This document shows positions 39,885 to 48,819 of a DNA stretch of 64,000 nucleotides, one piece after another (within the stretch, counting starts at the first letter, position 1; every line of letters starts with the position of its first letter). Source of the DNA: Planctomycetota bacterium (GTDB lineage Bacteria; Planctomycetota; PLA2; JAEUHO01); assembly GCA_050248855.1 (NCBI GenBank), contig JBFWRP010000003.1, positions 32,001 through 96,000 of the forward strand. Reading direction: 5' to 3'. The position numbers and the translations under genes are program-made. The notes under the pieces were generated by a model, which saw only the letters and a program-made list of their open reading frames with translations, was not told the DNA's origin and did not search any database.

Positions 39885-41483
39885 ATGGCACGACAGGAAC
39901 GATCCAGCTACCCGTACGCCTTCACGACGGAGGTTACGTTCGAGGAGCAGCTGCGCGGCGCGCTGCGGGAGATGCCGTGGTGGGTGGTCAGCATCGCGCT
40001 GCACGTGCTCGTGGGCGCGCTGCTCCTGGCCTGGGCCACCGACGTGGCCGCGCCCGCCGACCCGCCGCTGCTTTCGGCGTCGCTGCCCGACGATCTCCCG
40101 GATGTCGTGTTGCCCCCCGATCCGGATCCCGTGGAGACGGTCGAGAACGAGCTCACCACGCCCAACCCCCTGCTCTCGATGGAGGACACGCCCGACGTCG
40201 AGACCCAGAACGACGTGGACTTCAGCGAGCCGTTTGGCGCCGAGGAAGGCGCGTCGGAATCGCAGCTGACGGGCCCAAGCTCGAACCCCGTCATTGGCGT
40301 GGGCCCGGGCTCGGGCAGCCCCTTCAAGGGGCGAGGCGGTGACAAGCCTGGTGGCGGGGGCACACGTCGCTTCAAGCCGATGGACAACGCGGTCGAGGAT
40401 GCCCTCAGGTGGCTCGAGGCGCACCAGTCGGGCAGCCACGGGGGCTGGGAGTCCGCGGGCTTCGTGAACTGGTGCGACCTCCAGCCCGCCGCGGACGGGC
40501 AACGCTCCGACGGCGCCGGCAAGACCATGTACGACACGGGCGTCTCGGGCTTGGCGCTCTGTGCGTTCCTGGGTGCGGGCTACACGAATCGTGGTGACCA
40601 CGCGTTCGCGCGCACGGTCTCGCGCGGGCTCAAGTACCTGAAGGACGTCCAGGACCCGGAAGGCTGCTTCGGCCCTCGCTCCACGCAGCAGTACATCTAC
40701 AACCACGCCACGGCCTCGCTGGCGATGGTCGAGGCCTATGGCATGACCGGGAGCCCGATCTTCAAGGCGCCCGCCCAGCGCGCCCTGGACTTCATCGCCT
40801 TGGCCCGCAACCCGTACTTCGCCTGGCGCTACGGCATCAAGCCCGGCGACAACGACACCTCGGTGACGGGCTGGATGATGATGGCGCTCAAGAGCGCCAA
40901 GCTGATCAACACCCATGCGATCGCGCAGGGCCAGGCAGCACCGCTGGGCGTGGACGACGGTGCTTTCGACGGCATCCGGACCTGGCTCGACAAGGTGACC
41001 GATCCCTCGACGGGCCGTGTCGGCTACCTGACCCGCGGCACGGGCCCCGCCCGTCCGCAGGAGCTGATCGACAAGTTCCCGGGCGAGAAGTCCGAGTCGA
41101 TGACCGGTGTGGGCGTGCTGGCGCGAGTCTTCATGGGCGACGACCCGACCAAGGACGAGCACATCAAGCGCGGCGCCGAGCTCTGCTCCAAGCTGCCCCC
41201 GACGTGGAACGAGTCCGACGGCAGCATCGACATGTACTACTGGTACTACGCGACGCTCGCGATGTTCCAGGTCGGCGGCAAGCACTGGGACAAGTGGAAG
41301 GCGGCCATGGAGAAGGCCATGGTCGAGACCCAGCGCCAGGACACCACGTACTGCCAGCTCAAGGGCTCCTGGGACCCCATCGGTCCGTGGGGGCCCGACG
41401 GTGGCCGCGTGTACAGCACCGCGATCATGGCCATGTGCCTGCAGGCCTACTACCGCTACGACCGCGTGGCCGGCAGCCGCTGA
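39885..41483 (+). CDS. Membrane-anchored alpha/alpha-toroid protein, paralog 4
   Basis: Same architecture; TM WVVSIALHVLVGALLL; GGAGGAGG RBS. Confidence 0.85.
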   Translation: MARQERSSYPYAFTTEVTFEEQLRGALREMPWWVVSIALHVLVGALLLAWATDVAAPADPPLLSASLPDDLPDVVLPPDPDPVETVENELTTPNPLLSMEDTPDVETQNDVDFSEPFGAEEGASESQLTGPSSNPVIGVGPGSGSPFKGRGGDKPGGGGTRRFKPMDNAVEDALRWLEAHQSGSHGGWESAGFVNWCDLQPAADGQRSDGAGKTMYDTGVSGLALCAFLGAGYTNRGDHAFARTVSRGLKYLKDVQDPEGCFGPRSTQQYIYNHATASLAMVEAYGMTGSPIFKAPAQRALDFIALARNPYFAWRYGIKPGDNDTSVTGWMMMALKSAKLINTHAIAQGQAAPLGVDDGAFDGIRTWLDKVTDPSTGRVGYLTRGTGPARPQELIDKFPGEKSESMTGVGVLARVFMGDDPTKDEHIKRGAELCSKLPPTWNESDGSIDMYYWYYATLAMFQVGGKHWDKWKAAMEKAMVETQRQDTTYCQLKGSWDPIGPWGPDGGRVYSTAIMAMCLQAYYRYDRVAGSR

Positions 41484-41505
41484 ACCCAGGCTCCGCGGCT
41501 GCGTT
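41482..41505 (+). promoter_or_regulatory. Putative ECF-sigma promoter upstream of paralog 5
   Basis: GAAC-N16-CGTT overlapping the paralog 4 stop codon, 9 nt before the ATG at 41515. Confidence 0.55.
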
Positions 41506-41514
41506 TCGTCGGTC

Positions 41515-42894
41515 ATGGACGATCGATCCGGGAAGAACAGGTGGGCCGCCGGTGCGGCCTGGTCCGCGGGGTTCATGGTGCTCGTCTTGACGGCGCGGAC
41601 GGCGCCCGCGGACCCGCCTGCGCCCGCGGATCCGCCCGCCGTCGAGCCGGCACCGGAGCACGGCGACGGTCCCTTCGATGGCCGGGGCGGCGATGCCGGG
41701 CATTGGCCCCCGGAGTGGCCCCGGTCGCCCTTCCCCTCACGGTCCGGCATCGGCCGCGACACCGTGCGCCACCGGATGGCCGGTTACGACCCGCGTACGG
41801 ATGCCGCCGTCGCGGAGGCCCTGCGATGGCTCGCCGCCCACCAGTCGCCCAACGGCGGGTGGGAGGCCGCGGGCTTCCACCATTGGTGCAACGGGAAGCC
41901 CGCCGGTGGCCAGAAGCCCGACGGCCAGGGCAAGGCTCTGTACGACGTCGGCGTCACGGGTCTTGCGCTCACGGCGTACCTGGGTGCGGGCTACACGAAT
42001 CGCGGCGATCACGAGTTCGCGCGCTCGATCGCGCGCGGCATCAAGTACCTGAAGGACATCCAGGATCCGGAGGGCTGCTTCAGCCCGCGGTCGCACCAGC
42101 AGTACATCTACAACCACGCGCTGGCCACGCTCGCGATGGTTGAAGCCTACGGGATGACGGGCAGCTCCATCTTCAAGGGGCCCGCACAGCGGGGACTGGA
42201 CTTTGCGGCCTTGGCCCGCAACCCGTACTTCGCGTGGCGCTACGGCATCAAGCCCGGGGACAACGACACCTCGGTCACGGGCTGGATGACCAACGTGATC
42301 ACGTCGGCCCACGCCATCAACGCCGCCGCCATCGCCAGCGGACGGCAGGCGCCTCTGCATGTGGATCCCGGAGCTCTCGACGGCGTTCGCAACTGGGTCC
42401 AGAAGATGACCGACCCCGAGACCGGCCGCGTCGGCTACATCCAGCGAGGCATGGGCCCGGCGCGTCCAGCCGGCTTGGTGGACCGCTTCCCGCCCGATCG
42501 CTCGGAGTCGATGACCGCGGCGGGCATCCTCATGCGCGTCTACACGCGCGAGAACCCCGCCACGAGCGAGGTGATCCAGCGCGGTGTCAAGCGCTGCCTC
42601 GCACGGCTGCCCGTCTGGAACGTGATCGACGGCTCGATCGACATGGCGTACTGGCACTTCGGCACGCAGGCCCTGCACCAAGTCGGTGGCGAGGCGTGGG
42701 CCACCTGGAAAGCAGCGCTCGAGACGGCGCTCGTCGATACCCAGCGCCGGGACACGGACGCTTGCCTCTTCAAGGGCTCGTGGGATCCGGTGGGCCCCTG
42801 GGGGCCCGACGGTGGGCGCGTCTACAGCACGGCGCTCATGGCGCTCTGCTTGGAGGCGCCGTATCGCTACGAGCGCGTGTATCCCGACGACTAG
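41515..42894 (+). CDS. alpha/alpha-toroid protein, paralog 5 (same subtype as paralog 3, signal-peptide-like N-terminus)
   Basis: Shares WMTNVITSAHAINAAA and RGVKRCLARLPVWN with paralog 3; shares RNPYFAWRYGIKPGDNDTSVTGW with paralogs 1/2/4. Confidence 0.82.
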   Translation: MDDRSGKNRWAAGAAWSAGFMVLVLTARTAPADPPAPADPPAVEPAPEHGDGPFDGRGGDAGHWPPEWPRSPFPSRSGIGRDTVRHRMAGYDPRTDAAVAEALRWLAAHQSPNGGWEAAGFHHWCNGKPAGGQKPDGQGKALYDVGVTGLALTAYLGAGYTNRGDHEFARSIARGIKYLKDIQDPEGCFSPRSHQQYIYNHALATLAMVEAYGMTGSSIFKGPAQRGLDFAALARNPYFAWRYGIKPGDNDTSVTGWMTNVITSAHAINAAAIASGRQAPLHVDPGALDGVRNWVQKMTDPETGRVGYIQRGMGPARPAGLVDRFPPDRSESMTAAGILMRVYTRENPATSEVIQRGVKRCLARLPVWNVIDGSIDMAYWHFGTQALHQVGGEAWATWKAALETALVDTQRRDTDACLFKGSWDPVGPWGPDGGRVYSTALMALCLEAPYRYERVYPDD

Positions 42895-42904
42895 CGGTCG
42901 GACG

Positions 42905-43041
42905 TACGGTGCCAGAGCAATTCCTATCACCCAGTGCGAGCAGTGGCCTTGGTCGCGGGCTACCGCCGACACTGGGTGATAGGAATTGCTCTGGCACCGT
43001 AGTCCCCTGGGTGATAGGAATTGCTCTGGCACCGTAGTCCC
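42905..43041. repeat. Palindromic element with 32-bp arms, copy 2, with a tandemly duplicated right arm
   Basis: Arms 42905-42936 and 42970-43001 (perfect); a 35-bp unit repeated at 42972-43006 and 43007-43041. Confidence 0.9.
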
Positions 43042-43070
43042 CCGGGCGGCGGGGCGGGTACCGTGCCCCG

Positions 43071-44261
43071 ATGAGCATCAGCCGAGCCGTGGCGGACGCG
43101 CAGGCGGGCGCGTCCTGGATCCGTCGCATGTTCGAGGAAGGCGTGCGCCTCAAGGCGCGCCTCGGCGCGGAGAACGTGGCCGACCTCTCGCTCGGCAACC
43201 CGGTGGTGGAGCCCCCGGCGGCGGTCGTCGAGCGACTCGTGGAGCTGGCCGCGGCACCGGATGCCGGGACGCACCGCTACATGCCCAACGCGGGCTACCC
43301 CTCCACGCGCGCCGCGGTGGCTGCGCACCTCGCACGGCACACGGGCGTCGGCTACCGCGGCGACGACGTCGTCATGACGGTGGGCGCGGGCGGGGGCCTG
43401 AATGTGGTGTTCAAGGGCCTCCTCGACCCCGGCGACGAAGTGATCGTCCTTGCGCCGTACTTCGTGGAGTACCGCTTCTACATCACCAACCACGGCGGGC
43501 GCATGGTGCTCGTCCAGACGGACAGCGGCTTCCGTCCCGACGTGGCCGCCATCGATGCGGCCATCACGGAGAAGACCCGCGCCGTCTTGGTGAACGCGCC
43601 GAACAACCCGACAGGCGTGGTGTACCCGGCGGAAGACTTCGACGCCCTGGCCGCGGTCCTGACGCGCCGCAGCGCGGAGCAGGGTCGGCCGATCTACCTC
43701 ATCTCCGACGAGCCGTATCGGGCCATCGCGTACGACGGCATCGACGTGCCGTGGCCCGTGCGCCACTACGCAGACACGATCCACGTCACGTCGTTCTCCA
43801 AGGACCTGGCGCTACCCGGCGAGCGGATCGGCTACGTGGCCGTGAACCCGGAGCGCCCCGACGCGGCGCAGCTCGCTGGGGCGTTCACGTTCACGAACCG
43901 CATCCTGGGCTTCGTCAATGCGCCGGCGTTGCAGCAGCGGCTCGTCGAAGGGCTCCTCGACGTGAGGGTCGACCTCGCGGGCTATGCCGCCAAGCGGCTA
44001 CGCTTGCTCGAGGCGCTCCAGCGGCACGGCTACGAGTGCGTGCGGCCCGGCGGCGCCTTCTACCTGTTCCCGCGCGTGCCGCGTGACGGCATGGACGACG
44101 TCGACTTCGTGAAGGCCTGCCTCGAAGAGCGTCTGCTGGTGGTCCCGGGCTCGGGCTTTGGCCGGCCAGGCCACGTGCGGCTCTCCTACGCCGTCACCGA
44201 CCGCGACGTGGACCTCGCTTGCGAGGCGCTGGGCCGGGTTGCCGAACGGGTGCGCGGGTAA
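43071..44261 (+). CDS. PLP-dependent class I/II (aspartate-type) aminotransferase
   Basis: SWIRRMFEEG, PNNPTG, ISDEPY, SFSKDLALPGERIGY and VPGSGFG. Confidence 0.92.
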   Translation: MSISRAVADAQAGASWIRRMFEEGVRLKARLGAENVADLSLGNPVVEPPAAVVERLVELAAAPDAGTHRYMPNAGYPSTRAAVAAHLARHTGVGYRGDDVVMTVGAGGGLNVVFKGLLDPGDEVIVLAPYFVEYRFYITNHGGRMVLVQTDSGFRPDVAAIDAAITEKTRAVLVNAPNNPTGVVYPAEDFDALAAVLTRRSAEQGRPIYLISDEPYRAIAYDGIDVPWPVRHYADTIHVTSFSKDLALPGERIGYVAVNPERPDAAQLAGAFTFTNRILGFVNAPALQQRLVEGLLDVRVDLAGYAAKRLRLLEALQRHGYECVRPGGAFYLFPRVPRDGMDDVDFVKACLEERLLVVPGSGFGRPGHVRLSYAVTDRDVDLACEALGRVAERVRG

Positions 44262-44292
44262 CCCCGACTCCGTACGGGGCGCCAGAACAGGT

Positions 44293-44556
44293 CTACTTGA
44301 GGGCGTTGACGCGGCGGGCGAGCTTGGCCTTGGTGTTGCCCGCCGTGTTGGGGTGCAGGACGCGCTTCTTCGCGGCCTTGTCGATGGCCTGGTAGGCGCC
44401 GGCCAGCTCGGCCTGCGCCGCGGCCTTGTCGCCCGCGGCGATGGCGGCTTCCAGGCGCTTGACGCTGCCACGCACGGCGCCGCGCCGGGCCTTGTTGCGC
44501 AGCGTGCGGTCATCGGTCTGGCGAACGCGCTTCTTGGCGGAGGCGGAGTTCGGCAC
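44293..44556 (-). CDS. rpsT: 30S ribosomal protein S20
   Basis: PNSASAKKRVRQ...IDKAAKKRVLHPN; GTG start. Confidence 0.93.
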   Translation of the reverse strand: MPNSASAKKRVRQTDDRTLRNKARRGAVRGSVKRLEAAIAAGDKAAAQAELAGAYQAIDKAAKKRVLHPNTAGNTKAKLARRVNALK

Positions 44557-44694
44557 GGCTTGGCGCTCCCGGATGGCTTTCTGGCGTCTCGGCCCCGGCA
44601 CCCCGCCGGGAAGCCGACGAGGTTGGCATGGCGCCGCACGGGGTCCACGAAATGCCCGAGGGGTGGGGGGGCCGCGCGGGGCCGCCCGGCGGGC

Positions 44695-46041
44695 TCAGGC
44701 CGTGCTGGAGAGGTCGGACAGCCGCTGGAGCACGTCCCGGTACGAGGCGTCCTCCTCCACGATCCGCTCGAAGATGTCCCGCGCCTCGGCGCCCCGGTCC
44801 ATGCGGACCAGCAGGTCGGCGAGAGCGTAGTGGATGTCCTTGGCGGCCGGGGTGTTGAGGCCGGGGAAGGACTGGGCGGCCTCCTCCAGCTTCTTGGCGG
44901 CCAGGTTCAGGATGCCCTTGGCCTCGAAGCAGGTGGCTTGGTTGCGGAGGCTGCGGACCTTCAGGTTGGGGTCGCGGACCGTCTGCTGGAACTCGGCGAG
45001 GGCCTCGTCCACCCGCTCGGCCTGCAGCAGCCACTGCCCCAGGCGGAAGTGCTCGTTGAGGTCGAGCGGGTGCTCCTTCACGCGCCGGCCGTACTCCTCC
45101 AGGCTGGCCTCGATCAGCGGCTTCATGGCCTCCGTGGCCGCTGCCTGGAGGGCCGCGTCGCCGGGCGCTTGGCGGGCCGCATCGCGCGCCCGGGCCGCCG
45201 CCTCCTTCAGCGGCTGCAGCCGGAGGTCGCCGATCCGCACCGAGAGGTCGAAGTTGCCGCGGTCCAGCGCCAGCGCCTTCTCGAAGGAAGCGAGCGCTTC
45301 CTCGTGCCGACCCTGCTGCAGCAGCAGGTCGCCGGCCCGGAGCAGCAGCTTCATGTCGGTGGGGCTCTCCGCCAGGCGCCCCTGGACCTGCTCGAGCTCG
45401 GAGGCCGCGTGCTCGGGCGTCATCTGCAGGCGCTGTTCCGTCTCCAGCTGGCGCGCGACGTCCTTGTCCTTGATGAGCTCGCGACTGGACTGCGCCGTCT
45501 CGTAGCCGGCCACCTTCAGCGCACCCTCGGCAGCGAGGTTCTTGCGCAGCTTGACCGCCTCCTGGTCACGCGGAGCGATCTCGATCGCGCGCGAGAGGGC
45601 CTCGAGCGCTTCCGGGAGCCGCCCGCGGCGACCCAGGGCCTCGCCGAGACGCTTGAAGGGCTCGGGGTCCTTCTCTTCGCCCTCGGTCGCCTGCTGGAAC
45701 GCGACGACGGCGCTCCCGAAGGCGTTGGCGTCCAGGCAGGCCTGGCCCAGCGTCATCTGGGCGCCCTTGTCCTCGGGGTTCTTGGCCAGCGCGCGCAGGC
45801 ACGATGCCATGCGCTTGCGCGGGTCCTTGCTGGTGCCCGCCGACATCTTGGAGAGCATGCCGCCGAAGAGGCTCTTCCCCCGGGTCTCGCGCAGCTTGCG
45901 CGCGGCCTGGAAGAAGATCGACATGGCCTCCTCGTCGTCCGGCTGGAGACCCAGGTACTCCTGCGCCATCTCCGCGGAGAGCTCGTACTGCTTGCGCTTC
46001 AAGGCCTCGCGGGCCTTCACCTTGATGTCGCCGACGGCCAT
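44695..46041 (-). CDS. Tetratricopeptide repeat protein
   Basis: Repeated TPR-like helices (LGEALGRRGRLPEALEALSRAIEIAP); C-terminal YRDV. Confidence 0.85.
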   Translation of the reverse strand: MAVGDIKVKAREALKRKQYELSAEMAQEYLGLQPDDEEAMSIFFQAARKLRETRGKSLFGGMLSKMSAGTSKDPRKRMASCLRALAKNPEDKGAQMTLGQACLDANAFGSAVVAFQQATEGEEKDPEPFKRLGEALGRRGRLPEALEALSRAIEIAPRDQEAVKLRKNLAAEGALKVAGYETAQSSRELIKDKDVARQLETEQRLQMTPEHAASELEQVQGRLAESPTDMKLLLRAGDLLLQQGRHEEALASFEKALALDRGNFDLSVRIGDLRLQPLKEAAARARDAARQAPGDAALQAAATEAMKPLIEASLEEYGRRVKEHPLDLNEHFRLGQWLLQAERVDEALAEFQQTVRDPNLKVRSLRNQATCFEAKGILNLAAKKLEEAAQSFPGLNTPAAKDIHYALADLLVRMDRGAEARDIFERIVEEDASYRDVLQRLSDLSSTA

Positions 46042-46179
46042 GGGGTCTCCGGAAGGGGGCGGGGCCCAAGGGTAGCCACAATCGGGCCGGAAGAGGCGCC
46101 CCGGCCGCAGGCTTGGTCCCCCGCCATCGCGGCGCGGCGCGGGGGGGCCCCCTGCTCGCCCAGCGGTACACTCCGGCCG

Positions 46180-46704
46180 ATGCCGCTCGACATCGTGTAC
46201 TGGCCTGATCCCGTCCTGACGCGCCCTGCAAGCCCGGTCGGCGTCGTGGACGACGAGCTGCGATCGGTGGTGGCGGCGATGCGCCGCGTGATGTTCCGCT
46301 TGAAGGGCGTCGGCTTGGCCGCGCCGCAGGTCGGCGTCGGACGGCGGGTGATGCTGGTCTGTCCCTCGGGCGCGCCGGGCGACGAGGAGGTCGTGGTCGA
46401 TCCCGAAATCCTCGAGCGCCACGGCGAGGCCGATGGCGACGAGGGCTGCCTCTCGCTCCCCGGGCTCTACGGCCCGGTCGTGCGGGCCGAACGCATCCGC
46501 GTCCGCTACCGCGATCTGGACGGGCGGGTGCACGAGCGTGAGCTCATGGACTTCCCGGCCCGCGTCTTCCAGCACGAGTACGACCACCTGGACGGGGTGA
46601 TGTTCCCCGACCGCATGACGCCCGAGGCCCGCGCCGAGGTCGAAGATCAGCTGCAGGCGTTCCGCGTCGCCTACGCCGCGAAGGACGGCTCCGGCCGCGT
46701 CTGA
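46180..46704 (+). CDS. def: Peptide deformylase
   Basis: GVGLAAPQVG, EGCLSLPG and QHEYDHLDG. Confidence 0.96.
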   Translation: MPLDIVYWPDPVLTRPASPVGVVDDELRSVVAAMRRVMFRLKGVGLAAPQVGVGRRVMLVCPSGAPGDEEVVVDPEILERHGEADGDEGCLSLPGLYGPVVRAERIRVRYRDLDGRVHERELMDFPARVFQHEYDHLDGVMFPDRMTPEARAEVEDQLQAFRVAYAAKDGSGRV

Positions 46705-46708
46705 GGCG

Positions 46709-47635
46709 GTGCGTACGCTCCACGGTCTCGAGGGTCTCGAGGCGGCCGCGTTCCGCCGCCCCGTCGTCACCGTGGGCACGTTCGACGGTCTGCACCGAGG
46801 CCATGTCGCCCTGCTCGAGCACCTGGGTCGCCTGGCCGCCCGCATGGGTGGGGAGCGGCTGGTGGTGACGTTTGCCATGCATCCGATGGTCGTGATCCGC
46901 GGAGCGCCTCCGCGTCCGCTCGTGGCGCTGCCGCGACGCTTGGAGGGCCTTGCACGGCTCGGCGTGGACACCGCCCTCGTGTTGCCCTTCGACGCGCGCC
47001 TTCGCGCGCTGACCTGGCAGGCGTTCTTCGACGACATCCTCGTGCATGAGCTCGGGCTCTCGGCGTTGCTGTTTGGCTACAACGGGAACTTCGGCCACGG
47101 GGGGCTCGGCACCTTCACGACCGTGCGTCCCCACGCCGAGCGGCTCGGCGTCGTCGTCGAGGAGGCAGAGGCCGTGCTGCTGGACGGTCGGCCCGTGAGC
47201 AGCACGCGCATCCGCGACGCCATCCAGGCCGGTGACCTGGCGACGGCCGAGCGCCTGCTGGGCCACCCGCCGGCCGTGGCGGGTCCCGTCGTGCGCGGCG
47301 ACGGCCGCGGTCGCCAGCTGGGCTTCCCCACGGCGAACGTGGACACGGGCAACGTCGTGCTGCCGCCGGCTGGGGTCTACGAGGTGCGGGCGCGCGTCGC
47401 CGACGGCACGTGGCGCCGGGCCGTGGCCAACCTGGGGCGGCGACCGACGGTGGAGACGGCGGCCGAGGGCACACCGCTCCAGCTCGAGGTGCACCTACCG
47501 GGTTTCGACGGTGAGCTCTACGGCCACGTCCTGGAGGTCGCCTTCGTGCGGTACTTGCGCGACGAGCAGCGCTTCGCGGACCTCGATGCCCTGGTGGCGC
47601 AGATCCGCAAGGATGTCGCGCGCGTCGTCTCCTGA
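46709..47635 (+). CDS. ribF: Bifunctional riboflavin kinase/FAD synthetase
   Basis: GTFDGLHRGH, SSTRIR, GRQLGFPTAN and LRDEQRF. Confidence 0.95.
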   Translation: MRTLHGLEGLEAAAFRRPVVTVGTFDGLHRGHVALLEHLGRLAARMGGERLVVTFAMHPMVVIRGAPPRPLVALPRRLEGLARLGVDTALVLPFDARLRALTWQAFFDDILVHELGLSALLFGYNGNFGHGGLGTFTTVRPHAERLGVVVEEAEAVLLDGRPVSSTRIRDAIQAGDLATAERLLGHPPAVAGPVVRGDGRGRQLGFPTANVDTGNVVLPPAGVYEVRARVADGTWRRAVANLGRRPTVETAAEGTPLQLEVHLPGFDGELYGHVLEVAFVRYLRDEQRFADLDALVAQIRKDVARVVS

Positions 47636-47642
47636 CCGTCGG

Positions 47643-48197
47643 TCAGGCGTGGCGGACGAGGCTGTAGCGCTCCTCGATGTAGTGGCGGCCGGCGGGCGTC
47701 AGCGTGTAGGCCGCGTACTGCTCGGCCGGCTCGAGGAAGCCCTTGTTCTTCAGGCCGTACACGACGACGGGCACGTTGGGCTGCTTCATCTCCAGCGCGT
47801 CGAACCCGTTGCGGATGTCGTTGGTGGTCGCCGTGGCGGCGCCGAGCACGTGGGTCACGTGGTAGACGAACAGCAGGACGTGGTCCTGGACCAGTCCGCG
47901 CTTGCCCTCCGGGTGGACGAGACGCTCTTGGTACCAGGTCGCCAGGGGCAGCGGACCCGTCGGAGAGGGGCCCTCGGGAGCGTCCGCCGTGTTCACCAGC
48001 CCCAGGGCTCCCAGGTCGTCGGCCAGGAGCGGGCCGAAGCCGTTGTTCCGCGCCATGCGATCGATGCGCGCGAGCCACCGCCCGATCGCTCGCTCGACCA
48101 GCTCTTCCGGGCCCTCCACATGGAACGCGTCGTCGCCGACACGGATGGAGATACGGGCGGAGCCCGACGGCGTCGGCACATCGTCGTTGGTCATCAA
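47643..48197 (-). CDS. Hypothetical protein, possible C-terminal winged helix
   Basis: GC3-biased ORF; C-terminal LKNKGFLE...YTLTPAGRHYI wHTH-like ending. Confidence 0.6.
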   Translation of the reverse strand: MMTNDDVPTPSGSARISIRVGDDAFHVEGPEELVERAIGRWLARIDRMARNNGFGPLLADDLGALGLVNTADAPEGPSPTGPLPLATWYQERLVHPEGKRGLVQDHVLLFVYHVTHVLGAATATTNDIRNGFDALEMKQPNVPVVVYGLKNKGFLEPAEQYAAYTLTPAGRHYIEERYSLVRHA

Positions 48198-48453
48198 TCG
48201 ATCCTCAGGATGGGGCGAGGCGGATGGGTTCGTCGGATCAGGCGAGCTGGCCCGAAGAGGAACCAGGGACCCGTGCGGTCGTCGCGGCCTCCGGCGGCCG
48301 GCGTGGCCTCATGTCCGTAGGGCCACCTCTCGGGCGGATCCTAGCCCCGATCGCCCTGCGCAGTCCAATCGGACCGCCCCCGAGGGCCGCTGGGGCCGGC
48401 CACGAAAAAGACTTGTCGGTCGCGCCCCTCTCCCGAGGATGGCGAGCCGGTCT

Positions 48454-48529
48454 GGCTAGGTAGCTCAGTTGGTAGAGCGCCTGACTGAAAATCAGGAGGT
48501 GGCCGGTTCAATCCCGGCCCTAGCCACCA
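48454..48529 (+). tRNA. tRNA-Phe (GAA)
   Basis: GGCTAGG acceptor stem, D arm AGCTCAGTTGGTAGAGC, anticodon arm CCTGA-CTGAAAA-TCAGG, GGTTCAATCC T arm, encoded CCA. Confidence 0.97.
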
Positions 48530-48557
48530 TTTCCCACAGCCGCGCGCGAGGCACCCG

Positions 48558-48779
48558 TTACCAGGCGCCTGCCGTCTCGGGTGGTGCCATGGGGTAGTGG
48601 TAGGCCGGGTAGTCGTAGGCCGTCGTGGGCTTGGCTGTCCCATCGAAGGCGCCGTGCACGGTGGTGTTGCCGTCGCCGCTGGCCCAGGTCCACGTCCACG
48701 ACTCCGTGCCGCAGCCTGCGAGCAGGAGGGCCGCGAGGGCGAGGGAGGCGATCAGGACCAGGTGTCGGCCACGCGCCAT
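48558..48779 (-). CDS. Small putative lipoprotein
   Basis: MARGRH + hydrophobic core + LAGC lipobox; TAGCAT 6 nt before the ATG. Confidence 0.65.
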   Translation of the reverse strand: MARGRHLVLIASLALAALLLAGCGTESWTWTWASGDGNTTVHGAFDGTAKPTTAYDYPAYHYPMAPPETAGAW

Positions 48780-48819
48780 GTCTTCATGCTACCCCTGGCG
48801 CGGGCGTGCGGCCCCTGGT

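Noticed and set aside
34675..42894. Squalene-hopene cyclase or terpene biosynthetic cluster
   Set aside because: Single toroid domain, no DxDD motif, export/anchor signals present, and no prenyl-synthase genes nearby
42905..43041. CRISPR array from the ~32-35-bp repeats
   Set aside because: Copies are inverted or directly abutting, there is no series of unique spacers, and no cas genes are in the window
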